In this document: positions 10,021-18,940 of the stretch, one piece after another
How positions within the stretch are numbered: the first letter of the stretch is position 1
How the letters are laid out: every line of letters starts with the position of its first letter
DNA from: Armatimonadota bacterium
Lineage (GTDB): Bacteria; Armatimonadota; SYMT01
Reading direction: 5' to 3'
Assembly (NCBI GenBank): GCA_041690135.1
Contig: JAWLHY010000003.1
Coordinates: 256,001 to 320,000, forward strand
DNA: 64,000 nt
The notes under the pieces: model-generated
The model's database searches: none
Told to the model about the DNA's origin: nothing
What the model saw: only the letters and a program-made list of their open reading frames with translations
Position numbers and translations under genes: made by a program

Positions 10021-10041
10021 TGCTATACTTGCTATAGCAAC
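10021..10041. promoter_or_regulatory. Putative GntR operator upstream of gntR
   Basis: Palindrome TTGCTATAGCAA (10029-10040) plus an extra half site. Reverse complement matches 15750-15770 at 18/21. Confidence 0.6.
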
Positions 10042-10210
10042 TTTTCGACAGCCTCGGCTAACCTTCCTTCTCTTCGTGGGAATTTTTTCATCCGGGAGGA
10101 TGAGGCGCTCTGCCGAGCCGGGGATGAGCGGAGAGGCTTGGCTCTCCAGTTTCATCTTACCGGCCCTGTGTTACGCCCTCGTTACAGTCGGCTGAACTCT
10201 TTGTAACGGC

Positions 10211-11320
10211 TCACGGCTCAATCCGCAGCCGCGTGCTGCGCGCCACCAGTTGCTGGTCTTCCATACACCAGTATGAGACCAGCACAGTATCCTCGGAGAG
10301 ACGGAGCGGCATGGGGAAGCCGAACCGGAAGTGGTTGATCTCGCCCACCACGGTATCGGACTGCCGGGTGGAGCGCATCGGCTGGCCCCAGACGACGATC
10401 TCGTTCTCCACCTGCCAGTTCTCCGGCGTGAGCCGGACCAGGGCGGCACGGACTCCCGGCTCGCCGTGGCGGTGGTTGTAAACGCAGAGCAGCCGGTCGC
10501 CGCCCAGCCAGAGGGGAGTACAGGTCTGCCCGGGGAGCCCGGTCGAACGGCGCTGCTCGAACCCCCAGCCGTTCTCCGCGATGGCGAACTGGTTCGGGAG
10601 GTCCTGCCCCGTCTCGTGGTCGTGGCTCCATGCCACCGCGAGCAGGCGGCCTCCATCCAGCTCGATGATCCGCTGCTCCCAGAAGGTCACCCGCTCGGAG
10701 GGGTCCGAGAAGATGGTGATCATCTCCGGCCAGGTGCGGCCCTCGTCCATGGAGACCATCGCCAGGGCGCGCTCTGGGGTCAGCTTGGTGCCTTCCCAAT
10801 TGCGCCAGGTGGAGAACGGCGCCAGCCAGCGGCCGTCCGAGAGCACCACGATAGGGGAGGCAATTTCATAGGGCCCCGGCAGGGGGATGGGGATCACTTC
10901 CGGCGCGCTCCAGGTGCGGCCCTCGTCTTGCGAGCGGTAGAAGATCGCCTCGCAGTCCAGGAAGCCGTTCGTCTCGGCGTTGCCGATGGGGCGTTCCGGG
11001 TCGGAGCGGTCGAGCCGCGGCCCATAGCAGAGGATCTCGCCGGCTGGAGTGCGGGAGAGGCGGCCCGTTTCGGAGGTCGGGAACGGGGTGGCCCCGCGGG
11101 GGATGGGCCCCTCCCACTTCCAGGTCCGGCCTTCGTCCGTGGAGCGGGCCAGTTCGGTCCGCCCGTCGACGCTTTCGAAGGCCTCCCCCGCGGTGAACGC
11201 CGCCAGCAGGTCGCCGGAGGGCACCCGCACCACGGTGGGGAAGATCGCCTGCCGGCTCCGCAGGTGCGGCATCGGGTTGGCGTAGATCAAACTGCTTTCG
11301 AGGATCTCTAGAGACGACAT
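10211..11320 (-). CDS. Asp-box (BNR) beta-propeller, sialidase-like fold, cytoplasmic
   Basis: Three SxDEGRTW Asp boxes. No signal peptide and no (F/Y)RIP motif. Confidence 0.8.
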   Translation of the reverse strand: MSSLEILESSLIYANPMPHLRSRQAIFPTVVRVPSGDLLAAFTAGEAFESVDGRTELARSTDEGRTWKWEGPIPRGATPFPTSETGRLSRTPAGEILCYGPRLDRSDPERPIGNAETNGFLDCEAIFYRSQDEGRTWSAPEVIPIPLPGPYEIASPIVVLSDGRWLAPFSTWRNWEGTKLTPERALAMVSMDEGRTWPEMITIFSDPSERVTFWEQRIIELDGGRLLAVAWSHDHETGQDLPNQFAIAENGWGFEQRRSTGLPGQTCTPLWLGGDRLLCVYNHRHGEPGVRAALVRLTPENWQVENEIVVWGQPMRSTRQSDTVVGEINHFRFGFPMPLRLSEDTVLVSYWCMEDQQLVARSTRLRIEP

Positions 11321-11330
11321 GGGACCACTC

Positions 11331-12377
11331 CTATACTTGGGCCAGGGGGAGAGAGACCGAACGGCCGGTGCGGGCGGAAACCAGGCAGGCCTCGCAGATT
11401 TCGACGGCGGCCCGCCCTTCCCGGCCGCCCACGCGCGGCGGCCGCGCTTCCCGGATGCTGTCGACGAACTCTTGAATGACCCCGATATGGGGTTCCAGCC
11501 GGATGGGCGACCGGGGCTCTTTGAAGTAGTCGAACCGCTGGGGCGTGAATACCCGCTCCCACTTTTCGCCCTTGCCCAGGTCGAGGTACTCGAAGTTCTC
11601 GAAGTCGAGCATGCCCTCGGTCCCGACGACCTGGAACCGGACCTCGCTGCTGGGGAAGGACGGAGACGGCAATTCCGCGGAGATCAGCATGTGCGCCATC
11701 ACGCCGCCTTCGAAGGCGATCTGTGCCATCACCGTCTGTGCCGGCACGCCCACGTCGCTGAAGGTGTTCACCTGGGCGAACACGTGCGTGGCGGAGGCGC
11801 CGGTGAGCCACCGCAGGAAATCCGTGTTGTGGGAGGCGATGCCCATGAACAGCCCGCCCCCCGCCGGGTCCGCGTACCAGGGCCGGCTCTCCAGGATCTG
11901 GCGACCCACGGGGGCGGGAAAGGCCGAAGTGGTGCGCAGCATACAGACCCGGCCGATGGTGCCGTCGTCGATCAGGCGCTTCGCGTTCCGGGTGAGGCGC
12001 CGGTAGCGTTCCGTCTTCACCACCGCCAGGTTCACGCCGGCCGCGTCGCAGGCCGCGATGATCTCGTCGCACTGCGCCACGGTGGGGGCCATCGGCTTCT
12101 CGATCAGTACGTGCTTCCCCGCGGCGGCGGCGAGGAGGGCTTGATCGCGGTGGGTCTGGTCCGGCGTGGCGAGGACGACCGCATCCACGTCCGGCCGCGC
12201 CAGGAGCTCCTCCAGCGACGCCGCGGCTTGCACGCCGAACTCCTCGGCCAGCTCCGGCGCGCGGCGCCCGCCCGCCACCGCCGCCAGGCGTGCTCCGCTG
12301 ACGTGCTTTGCGATCGACTCCGCATAGGTGAGGCCCATGAAGCCCGAGCCGACCATCCCGATTCCCACGGTGTCCAT
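11331..12377 (-). CDS. Gfo/Idh/MocA family oxidoreductase
   Basis: IGMVGSGFMG Rossmann motif, GKHVLIEKP, GGG...H. Start ATG 12377; the longer ORF overlaps the permease. Confidence 0.88.
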   Translation of the reverse strand: MDTVGIGMVGSGFMGLTYAESIAKHVSGARLAAVAGGRRAPELAEEFGVQAAASLEELLARPDVDAVVLATPDQTHRDQALLAAAAGKHVLIEKPMAPTVAQCDEIIAACDAAGVNLAVVKTERYRRLTRNAKRLIDDGTIGRVCMLRTTSAFPAPVGRQILESRPWYADPAGGGLFMGIASHNTDFLRWLTGASATHVFAQVNTFSDVGVPAQTVMAQIAFEGGVMAHMLISAELPSPSFPSSEVRFQVVGTEGMLDFENFEYLDLGKGEKWERVFTPQRFDYFKEPRSPIRLEPHIGVIQEFVDSIREARPPRVGGREGRAAVEICEACLVSARTGRSVSLPLAQV

Positions 12378-12382
12378 GTCTG

Positions 12383-13285
12383 TCAGCCTTTCACGGCGCC
12401 CAGTGTGACGCCCTTGACGAAGTAGCCCTGGAAGGCGAGAAAGATGACCAGCATCGGCAGGAACGCGAAGGTGGCGCCGGCCATCGCGACGCCCAGGTCG
12501 AAGGTGGTGAGGCTGCTGACCAGCTTGGAGACACCCACCGGCAGGGTGAGCATGTCCTCCCGGTTCACGATGATGAGCTGCCAGAGGTACTCGTTCCAGC
12601 CCCCCACGAAGGCGAAGATCGCCACCGCCCCGACCGCCGGCTTGAGAATCGGCAGCACCACCCGGGAGAAGACCTGCAGCTCCCCGGCGCCGTCGACCTG
12701 CGCCGCGTCCAGCAGTTCCTGCGGCAGCCCCCGCGCGAACTGGCGGATGAGGAAGATCCCGAACGGATAGCAGAGGAACGGGACGATGAGCCCCTGGTAG
12801 GTGTCGAACCACTGGAATTGGCGCATCAACATCGCCAGCGGCACGAGCGCCACCTCGCGGGGCAGGATCATCGTGGCGATGATGAGGACGAAGAAGAGCT
12901 TCCGGCCCGGAAACTCCTTACGGGCCAGGGCGTAGCCGGCCATGGAGCTGGTCGCCACCGCCCCGGCGGCGATTCCTCCGGCCACGCACAGGCTGTTGAG
13001 GAACCACCGGAGGGCCGGCTTGCTGCCGAAGAAGAGCTTCCGGTAGTTTTCGAGGGTGGGGGAGGAAGGCCAGAGCTCCGGGGGCACGCTCATCGCGTTC
13101 TGCTGAAGCTTCAGCGACCCGGTGATCATCCAGTAAAGCGGCAGGAGCGAGGCGACCGCGGCCAGGGTGAGGAGCCCCACGGCGACGAAGTGCCCCAACT
13201 TGCCGAAGTCGAGGCGCCGCTGCGGGGGCCCTCCGGGAAGGGCCACGGCTCGATCCGGATTCAGGACGGGTGCCGGCTGCGCCAC
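12383..13285 (-). CDS. Carbohydrate ABC transporter permease (MalG-type)
   Basis: EAA loop ELLDAAQVDGA, WNEYLWQL. GTG start at 13285 with GGAGGG SD. Confidence 0.9.
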   Translation of the reverse strand: MAQPAPVLNPDRAVALPGGPPQRRLDFGKLGHFVAVGLLTLAAVASLLPLYWMITGSLKLQQNAMSVPPELWPSSPTLENYRKLFFGSKPALRWFLNSLCVAGGIAAGAVATSSMAGYALARKEFPGRKLFFVLIIATMILPREVALVPLAMLMRQFQWFDTYQGLIVPFLCYPFGIFLIRQFARGLPQELLDAAQVDGAGELQVFSRVVLPILKPAVGAVAIFAFVGGWNEYLWQLIIVNREDMLTLPVGVSKLVSSLTTFDLGVAMAGATFAFLPMLVIFLAFQGYFVKGVTLGAVKG

Positions 13286-13289
13286 GCGG

Positions 13290-14252
13290 TTAGCCCTCCA
13301 ACTCCCGGCCCAGGAGCCGGAACTGCACCAGCGTGATCGCGGCGGCGAACAGGAACAGGACCGTCCCCATCGCCGAGGCGTACCCGAACTGGTAGAAATC
13401 GAAGGCGGTCTCGTAGATCCGGTAGACAAACGTCTGGGTCGCGTTGGCCGGCCCGCCGCGGGTCATCACGATCACCACCACTACCGTCTGCATCACGGCG
13501 ATCGTCTGGGTGACCAGCACGAACAGCAGCGTCGGGCGGAGCAGGGGCAGCGTGATCCGCCAGAGGCGTGCCGCCGGGCCCGCCCCGTCCAGGTGGGCGG
13601 CCTCCATCAACTCCGGTGAGATCGTGCCCAGGCCCGCGAGCATGAGCAGGACCGGCTGCCCCAGGATCCAGGTGAGGACTACCAGCCCCAGCGAGGGGAG
13701 CGCCCACTCTGAGGAGCCGAGCCAGGCGATCCGCGGTCCGCCGGCCAGCCCCAGCAGGTGGTTGAGCAACCCGTAGGTCGGCTGGTAGATCCAGAGCCAC
13801 ACCAGCGACAGCACCACGCCGCTCGCCACGCCGGGCAGGTAGAAGGCCAGGCGGAAGAAGCCCTGTGCCCGCTGCGAGAGCGGAAAGACCACCAGGGAGA
13901 TGGCCAGCCCGAGTAAGGTGGAGAGCGGCGCCACCCCCAGCACCAGTGCCCCGGTGTTTCGCACGGCCTGAAGGAAAGCGGAATCCCCCATGAGCCGCGC
14001 GAAGTTTGCCAGCCCCACGAAGCGCCGGTCTTGCGAAAGACCGGCCTCGAAGAAGCTGAGCAGCAGCCCCTGGGCGAGGGGATAGAGGATGAACAGGCTG
14101 AAGAGCACCAGCGCGGGCGCGGCGAAGAAGAGACCCCAGCGGTCGCGGTACAGTCGCCCGAGAACGCCCGCGAGCAGGCGACGCGCGCGGAGACCGGGGG
14201 CTTTCGCCTCTACCGGTGCCAGGGTTACGCGGGCCTCGGGCAGTTCGCGCAC
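13290..14252 (-). CDS. Carbohydrate ABC transporter permease (MalF-type)
   Basis: FVGLANF, ELMEAAHLDGA, TRGGP, FGYASA. GTG start at 14252 with GGAGAG SD. Confidence 0.9.
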   Translation of the reverse strand: MRELPEARVTLAPVEAKAPGLRARRLLAGVLGRLYRDRWGLFFAAPALVLFSLFILYPLAQGLLLSFFEAGLSQDRRFVGLANFARLMGDSAFLQAVRNTGALVLGVAPLSTLLGLAISLVVFPLSQRAQGFFRLAFYLPGVASGVVLSLVWLWIYQPTYGLLNHLLGLAGGPRIAWLGSSEWALPSLGLVVLTWILGQPVLLMLAGLGTISPELMEAAHLDGAGPAARLWRITLPLLRPTLLFVLVTQTIAVMQTVVVVIVMTRGGPANATQTFVYRIYETAFDFYQFGYASAMGTVLFLFAAAITLVQFRLLGRELEG

Positions 14253-14311
14253 GTCTTCTCTCCGGTTGGGCCGCCCGGAACCCGCGGGGCTCCGGGCGGC
14301 AGGCGCGTCGG

Positions 14312-15667
14312 TCAGTTCCGCTGCAGGATGGCGTTGGCTTCCGCCTCGATATCGCGGAGAGCATCCGCGGGCTTCTTGGTGCCCAGCATCGCGGCCTGCA
14401 GGTGCGGCATGGCCGCCACCCGCACCTGGTAGTACGCCGGGGCCGTAAGCCCCAGGTCCACCATCCCGTTCTCGTCCATCCACTGCTTCACGAGCTTGAA
14501 GTTCGCGTCGTCCGCCAGGGGATCGCCGGTCGACTTGCGGGTGGGGAACTGGCGGGCGTTGCGGCAGTAGATCCGCTGGCGCTCGGGGGTGTTGAGCCAC
14601 CGCGCGAACTCCATCACCGCCTTCCGCTTCTGCTCATCCTTCTGCTTGAAGACGACGAAGGCCGTGGGGCCCACGGGCATCGGCGACTTGAGGCCCGGCT
14701 CGTGGGGGAACTGGAGGACCTGCAGCTTCACCGGCACCTTCAGCCGGTCCTGCTTGCGGGCCGTGTCCACCCATTGGAAGGCGTAGAGCGAATCGCCCCA
14801 CGCGGCGGTCTGGCCCTGGCCCACCATGTTCTGGAGTTCCGAGTTCGCCAGCGTGGTCGTGCCTGGCGGAATCAGCTTCTCACGCTCCATCCGCACCAGG
14901 AACTCGAGCGCCTCTACCCCCTTGGGGGAGTTGATCGTGGTGCGGCTGTAATCCCCCGGAGGAAAGACGAAGGCGCCCTTGCCCCAGAAGAAGCCGTAGT
15001 TGCAGTAATCCGCCTGCTCGGAAGCGAACTGCGCCCACCAGGGCCACACGCGGTCCGGCTTGGCCACGGCACGCATGGCCGTCAGGAACTGGTCGTAGGT
15101 CCAGTCGCCCTTTCCTTCCGGTGGTAGGAGATCCGCCTTCCCCTCCGCTTCCCAGATCGCCCGGTTGACGAAGACGGCGATGGTCCAGGCGTAGATCGGC
15201 AGGCCGTGAAGCTGGCCGTCGACGGTGTACAGCTTCCGGTAGAACGGGTCGTAATCTTCCAGTTCTTCCTTCGGGAGCACGGGCAAAAAGTCTTCCAGCA
15301 GGCCCTGGTGTGCGTAGCCAGCCGTTCGTCCCAGGAAGTCCTTGAGCAGGTCCGGAGGGCTCCCGGCCGCGATCGACGCCGTGACTTTCTTCGTCAACTC
15401 CTCGGCGGCGAGTGGCTGGACCTCGATCTCGACCTCCGGGTGGAGCTTCATGTACTCCGCGGCCTGGATCTTCTCGTAGTCACCGTACTCGCGGGTCTGC
15501 TCCTCCAGCCCCTCCACGTCTTTGATCTCGGGCGTGACCCAGTAAACGATGCGGGTCCGGCCCCCGCCGGCACCCCCTCCGGCGCCGGACTTACCCGACG
15601 CGCCGCAGCCCGCAAGCACGCTGCCCATCAGTAGAAGCAGAACGCCGGTCAGTCCTCTCCACCGCAT
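14312..15667 (-). CDS. Sugar ABC transporter substrate-binding lipoprotein
   Basis: Lipobox VLAGC, SBP family 1 features (AGSPPDL, DGQLHGLP, WTYDQF), and position ahead of two permeases. Confidence 0.9.
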   Translation of the reverse strand: MRWRGLTGVLLLLMGSVLAGCGASGKSGAGGGAGGGRTRIVYWVTPEIKDVEGLEEQTREYGDYEKIQAAEYMKLHPEVEIEVQPLAAEELTKKVTASIAAGSPPDLLKDFLGRTAGYAHQGLLEDFLPVLPKEELEDYDPFYRKLYTVDGQLHGLPIYAWTIAVFVNRAIWEAEGKADLLPPEGKGDWTYDQFLTAMRAVAKPDRVWPWWAQFASEQADYCNYGFFWGKGAFVFPPGDYSRTTINSPKGVEALEFLVRMEREKLIPPGTTTLANSELQNMVGQGQTAAWGDSLYAFQWVDTARKQDRLKVPVKLQVLQFPHEPGLKSPMPVGPTAFVVFKQKDEQKRKAVMEFARWLNTPERQRIYCRNARQFPTRKSTGDPLADDANFKLVKQWMDENGMVDLGLTAPAYYQVRVAAMPHLQAAMLGTKKPADALRDIEAEANAILQRN

Positions 15668-15749
15668 CGCACGACTCCTCTTCGCTTACCTGGTCGCCCT
15701 TCCCGTATCCAGCCCCCGAATGCTAGAAGGGCCACAGGCACTCAGCATT

Positions 15750-15770
15750 GTTGCTATAGCAGTTATAGCG
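15750..15770. promoter_or_regulatory. Putative GntR operator upstream of the ABC operon
   Basis: GTTGCTATAGCAGTTATAGCG, 18/21 identical to the reverse complement of 10021-10041. Confidence 0.6.
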
Positions 15771-15958
15771 CCGGAAGATAAACTCCTTCCACGATCGGGA
15801 ATTTGTCTTCGAGAGTCCTTTCGTGCCCGGTCGCGCGAATCCATCCTTCCTTTCGTGAATGCCGGTTGTGAGGTTGGGTCCGTCGAGGTGACGGGGATGG
15901 TTTTCCACTCGCACAATCAGTACAATGGGGTCAGGTCAATCGCCTGTGGAGGATCCTT

Positions 15959-16246
15959 ATGACACTCATCATCGACCTTACCCCGGAGGAAGAGGCGCGC
16001 TTGCAAGCGGCTGCTCGCCGCCAGGGTATCGATCCCGCCGAGTGTGCCCGGCGTCTTCTCCAGCAAAATCTGCCAGAGTCGCCCCCGGGAGCTGCCACCC
16101 GCGCGCTATTTGCGCAGTGGGCACGGGAAGATGCGACCGAAGACCCCGCGGAGATTCGGGCTCGAGAGGTCGAGTGGAACGAGACCCGGAGATCGCTGAA
16201 CGAGGCGCGACTGGTGGCAGGAGAGGAACCGCTGTTCGATGATTGA
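15959..16246 (+). CDS. Putative antitoxin of a PIN-type TA pair
   Basis: 95 aa, MTLIIDLTPEEEARLQAAARRQG (RHH-like start). Overlaps the PIN gene start. TACAAT at 15921 and GGAGG SD. Confidence 0.65.
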   Translation: MTLIIDLTPEEEARLQAAARRQGIDPAECARRLLQQNLPESPPGAATRALFAQWAREDATEDPAEIRAREVEWNETRRSLNEARLVAGEEPLFDD

Positions 16247-16700
16247 CGGGATTGTCCTCGACTCGGGAGTACTCTCGCTCGCTACCCATCGCGTGGGGTT
16301 ACCGGAAGCGGATACACGCCGGGAGTGGATCACGGACTGTCTTGACGCCGGCGCACGCATTCTCGTACCGGCCATCGCCAACTATGAAACGAGACGCGAG
16401 TTGCTTCGGGCCGGGAAGGCCTCCGCTCTTCATCGGCTGGACGCTTTCATTTCTGCGGAATCAGACCGTTATATACCCCTCACAGACGATGCCCTGCTCC
16501 AGGCAGCCCAGCTTTGGGCGGATTCGCGCCGGACGGGACAACCTACGGCCGATCCCAAAGCACTCGACGGCGATGTCATTCTTGCTGCACAGGTGCTTTC
16601 GCTGGGTCTATCACCGGATAGCCTCATCGTAGCCACTTCGAATGTGCGCCATCTTGCGCGTTTCGTGAGAGCTGATGTCTGGGCCAAAATACGGCTCTGA
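16239..16700 (+). CDS. PIN-domain (VapC-like) toxin
   Basis: IVLDSGVL...IANYETRREL...LDGDVILAAQ...IVATSNVRHL acidic PIN motifs. Confidence 0.85.
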   Translation: MIDGIVLDSGVLSLATHRVGLPEADTRREWITDCLDAGARILVPAIANYETRRELLRAGKASALHRLDAFISAESDRYIPLTDDALLQAAQLWADSRRTGQPTADPKALDGDVILAAQVLSLGLSPDSLIVATSNVRHLARFVRADVWAKIRL

Positions 16701-16739
16701 GATCAGATTGCGTGTCGGTGATTGGTCACACTTCCTGTG

Positions 16740-17261
16740 ATGCCGCGAGACACCCAGAGGCGACGAACTATCCAGCGTATCGTCAGCATGACGATTCTCC
16801 TCGCGCCGGTGCTCGCTTTCTGGCGACTCTGGGAGCACAAGAAGTGGACCGCCGACTTCGGCACCCGGCCGCCGGAAGCGACCTACCAATGGGTGATGGC
16901 GGAGCCGCCCCCGGAAGGGCTCACCGGATTACGGGTGACCGGGCGCTGCTATCTCGGCATGAAGAACTGGGTCTGGATGCGCTTCGAGTTAACGGAAGAG
17001 GCGCTGCAGACCCTCGTCGCTGATCGGGAGCGCCTCACTCCGGCCGAAGTCCGGAAGCGGTTTGGAGGCTACGGCTCGGCGGATCGCCACTTCGACACGC
17101 AGGATATGCGGGAGATCGGGTGGCACGACGTGACGGCGATTGAGAAGCCGGAGCTCTACCAGGTCGGCAGCGAAGCTGATGGATCGCCATTCATCTGGTT
17201 CGGAGTACTGACGCTGGACCGGAGGAATCGCCGCGGCTTCATCCGTGCCTGGGGTGACTGA
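16740..17261 (+). CDS. Hypothetical membrane-anchored protein
   Basis: One N-terminal hydrophobic segment and coding-like GC3 bias; no family recognised. Confidence 0.55.
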   Translation: MPRDTQRRRTIQRIVSMTILLAPVLAFWRLWEHKKWTADFGTRPPEATYQWVMAEPPPEGLTGLRVTGRCYLGMKNWVWMRFELTEEALQTLVADRERLTPAEVRKRFGGYGSADRHFDTQDMREIGWHDVTAIEKPELYQVGSEADGSPFIWFGVLTLDRRNRRGFIRAWGD

Positions 17262-17371
17262 AGGCCCACACGGCACAACGGGTACGTGACCAGGACCAGG
17301 CAGGCATCGGAGAGCCTGCCCTCCTCTTGCTAACATACATGACGAACTCTCTTCCCACATTGCGCCGCGGG

Positions 17372-17380
17372 TGCTATAAT
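17372..17380 (+). promoter_or_regulatory. Extended -10 promoter of rpsF-ssb-rpsR
   Basis: TGCTATAAT matches TGnTATAAT, about 220 nt before the rpsF ATG. Confidence 0.6.
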
Positions 17381-17544
17381 CGACCGATTTATGGCGGCGC
17401 CGGCTGCGTGTAAACCGCTCGCAGCCGCGTCCGGGCCTCTCCGCCCGGCCTCTTTCCGGGGCGTTCCTCCGGAAACCAGCGCTACCTCTCGGAATCCGTC
17501 GCCACGCCGGAATCCGGGATTTGGTGCGTGGAATGCCGCCTTTA

Positions 17545-17600
17545 CCCTGCCCCTGACGTACGGGGGCTGCCCGAAAGGGTGTCCGAAGGGAGGTGAGAAG
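17545..17600 (+). ncRNA. Putative S6:S18 ribosomal protein leader
   Basis: CCCTGCCCC...GGGGGC, a CCC-GAAA-GGG hairpin, and CCG immediately before the SD (CCGAAGGGAGG) upstream of rpsF; fits the known motif by eye only. Confidence 0.5.
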
Positions 17601-18104
17601 ATGCGACAGTACGAAGCGGTTTATATCCTGGACCCCGCGTTGGAGGAAGCCGAGCTGAACGGGCTCGTCGAGCGCTTTCAGACACTGGTGACCGACAACG
17701 GGGGAACCATTCAGCACCTGGATCGTTGGGAGCGCCGCCGGCTGGCCTATGAGGTCAAAGGCCGACGGGAAGGCTACTACATCGTGATGAATTTCCAGGG
17801 CGAGCCCGCCACGGAAGCGGAGTTGACCCGCGTTTTCCGGATTACCGATGGTGTTCTGCGGAGCATGATCGTCCGGATGGACGAGCGGCGCGCGGATAAG
17901 GTGATCGCGGAAGCGAAGGCGGCGGCGGAAGCCAAGGCCCGCGCTGCCGAGGAAGCCCGCGCGGCCGAAGAGGCGGCGGCTGCCGAAGCAGCGGCGCTGG
18001 AAGCTGCGGCGCCTGCGGCGCCGGAGGAACCGGCAGAGCCCGCCGAGGGTCAGGCTGCAACCGAGGAAGCTCAGGAAGTATCGGAAGCTGGATCAGAGGA
18101 ATGA
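17601..18104 (+). CDS. rpsF: 30S ribosomal protein S6 with long Ala/Glu tail
   Basis: MRQYEAVYILDP...WERRRLAYEV...EGYY; SD GGAGGTG. Confidence 0.96.
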   Translation: MRQYEAVYILDPALEEAELNGLVERFQTLVTDNGGTIQHLDRWERRRLAYEVKGRREGYYIVMNFQGEPATEAELTRVFRITDGVLRSMIVRMDERRADKVIAEAKAAAEAKARAAEEARAAEEAAAAEAAALEAAAPAAPEEPAEPAEGQAATEEAQEVSEAGSEE

Positions 18105-18130
18105 GACACTGGACTTGGAGATGACGAGAG

Positions 18131-18559
18131 ATGCTGAACAAGGTCATTCTGATTGGGCGAGTTGCAAACGATCCTGAGTTGAAGTACACCCCGAGCGGGG
18201 TGGCGGTCAGCACGTTTCGGGTGGCGGTGAACCGGCCCTTCCTTAACGGGCAGGGTGAACGGGAAGCCGATTTCATCGACGTGGTTGCGTGGCGTCAGGC
18301 AGCGGAATTCGCTGCCAATTACCTGGGCAAGGGCCATCTGATCGCCGTGGAGGGACGGCTGCAGATTCGGTCTTACCAGGCGCAGGATGGGTCTCGCCGC
18401 CGGGTGGCGGAAGTGGTTTGCGAGAACCTCAAAGCCCTGTCGCGTCCGCGCGAAGGTGGGGGCGATGGGGCCGGCGCGACCGCTCACGTCGGCGGAGGCG
18501 GTGGAGGCATGGGCATGGACGAAGGGCCCGGCTTCGAAGACCCGTTCCAGGACGAGTAG
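18131..18559 (+). CDS. ssb: Single-stranded DNA-binding protein
   Basis: MLNKVILIGR...DPELKYT...ADFIDVVAW...VEGRLQ; acidic C-terminal tip DPFQDE. Confidence 0.97.
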   Translation: MLNKVILIGRVANDPELKYTPSGVAVSTFRVAVNRPFLNGQGEREADFIDVVAWRQAAEFAANYLGKGHLIAVEGRLQIRSYQAQDGSRRRVAEVVCENLKALSRPREGGGDGAGATAHVGGGGGGMGMDEGPGFEDPFQDE

Positions 18560-18576
18560 TCGGTTAAGGAGGACCT

Positions 18577-18819
18577 ATGCCCCCGCGCATGAAGACCAAC
18601 CGCTATCGGCGCACGCGGCGGAAGCCGTGCCTGTTTTGCGTCGAGAAGTCGGACCACATCGACTACAAGGCCCACCAGAAACTGAAGAAGTTCACGTCAG
18701 ACCGGGGCAAGATTCTGCCGCGCAAGACGAGCGGCGTGTGCGCGAGCCACCAGCGGATGCTGGCGGACGCCATCCGGCGCGCCCGCGAAATCGCGCTTCT
18801 TCCGTTCGTGGCCGAGTAG
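18577..18819 (+). CDS. rpsR: 30S ribosomal protein S18 (Zn-binding C+ form)
   Basis: CLFC...IDYK...[16 protein letters not shown]...[12 protein letters not shown]. Confidence 0.97.
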   Translation: MPPRMKTNRYRRTRRKPCLFCVEKSDHIDYKAHQKLKKFTSDRGKILPRKTSGVCASHQRMLADAIRRAREIALLPFVAE

Positions 18820-18841
18820 TCTCGGAAACCCACAACGAAAA

Positions 18842-18883
18842 ACAGAAGGCCCCGGAGTGCGAAACTCCGGGGCCTTCTGTTTT
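18842..18883 (+). terminator. Intrinsic terminator after rpsR
   Basis: ACAGAAGGCCCCGGAGT-loop-ACTCCGGGGCCTTCTGT followed by TTT, preceded by an A-run. Confidence 0.85.
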
Positions 18884-18940
18884 CGATTCGTCCTGTATCA
18901 ATCGCGAACAGCTCTGCTCTGCCCAAAGGACGGAGGCCTC

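Noticed and set aside
10211-11320. Canonical GH33 sialidase with a nan pathway
   Set aside because: Asp boxes only; no RIP motif and no nanA/nanE/nanK-like genes nearby.
15959-17261. TA pair as part of a prophage or integrative element
   Set aside because: No integrase, att-like repeats or phage genes; looks like a solitary chromosomal TA module.
17391-17600. N-terminal extensions given in the ORF track (rpsF, DUF1501, oxidoreductase, permeases, sigma, hydrolase, AKR, DUF1559 copy B)
   Set aside because: They overlap neighbouring genes or leaders, while downstream starts have better SD sequences and match family N-termini.
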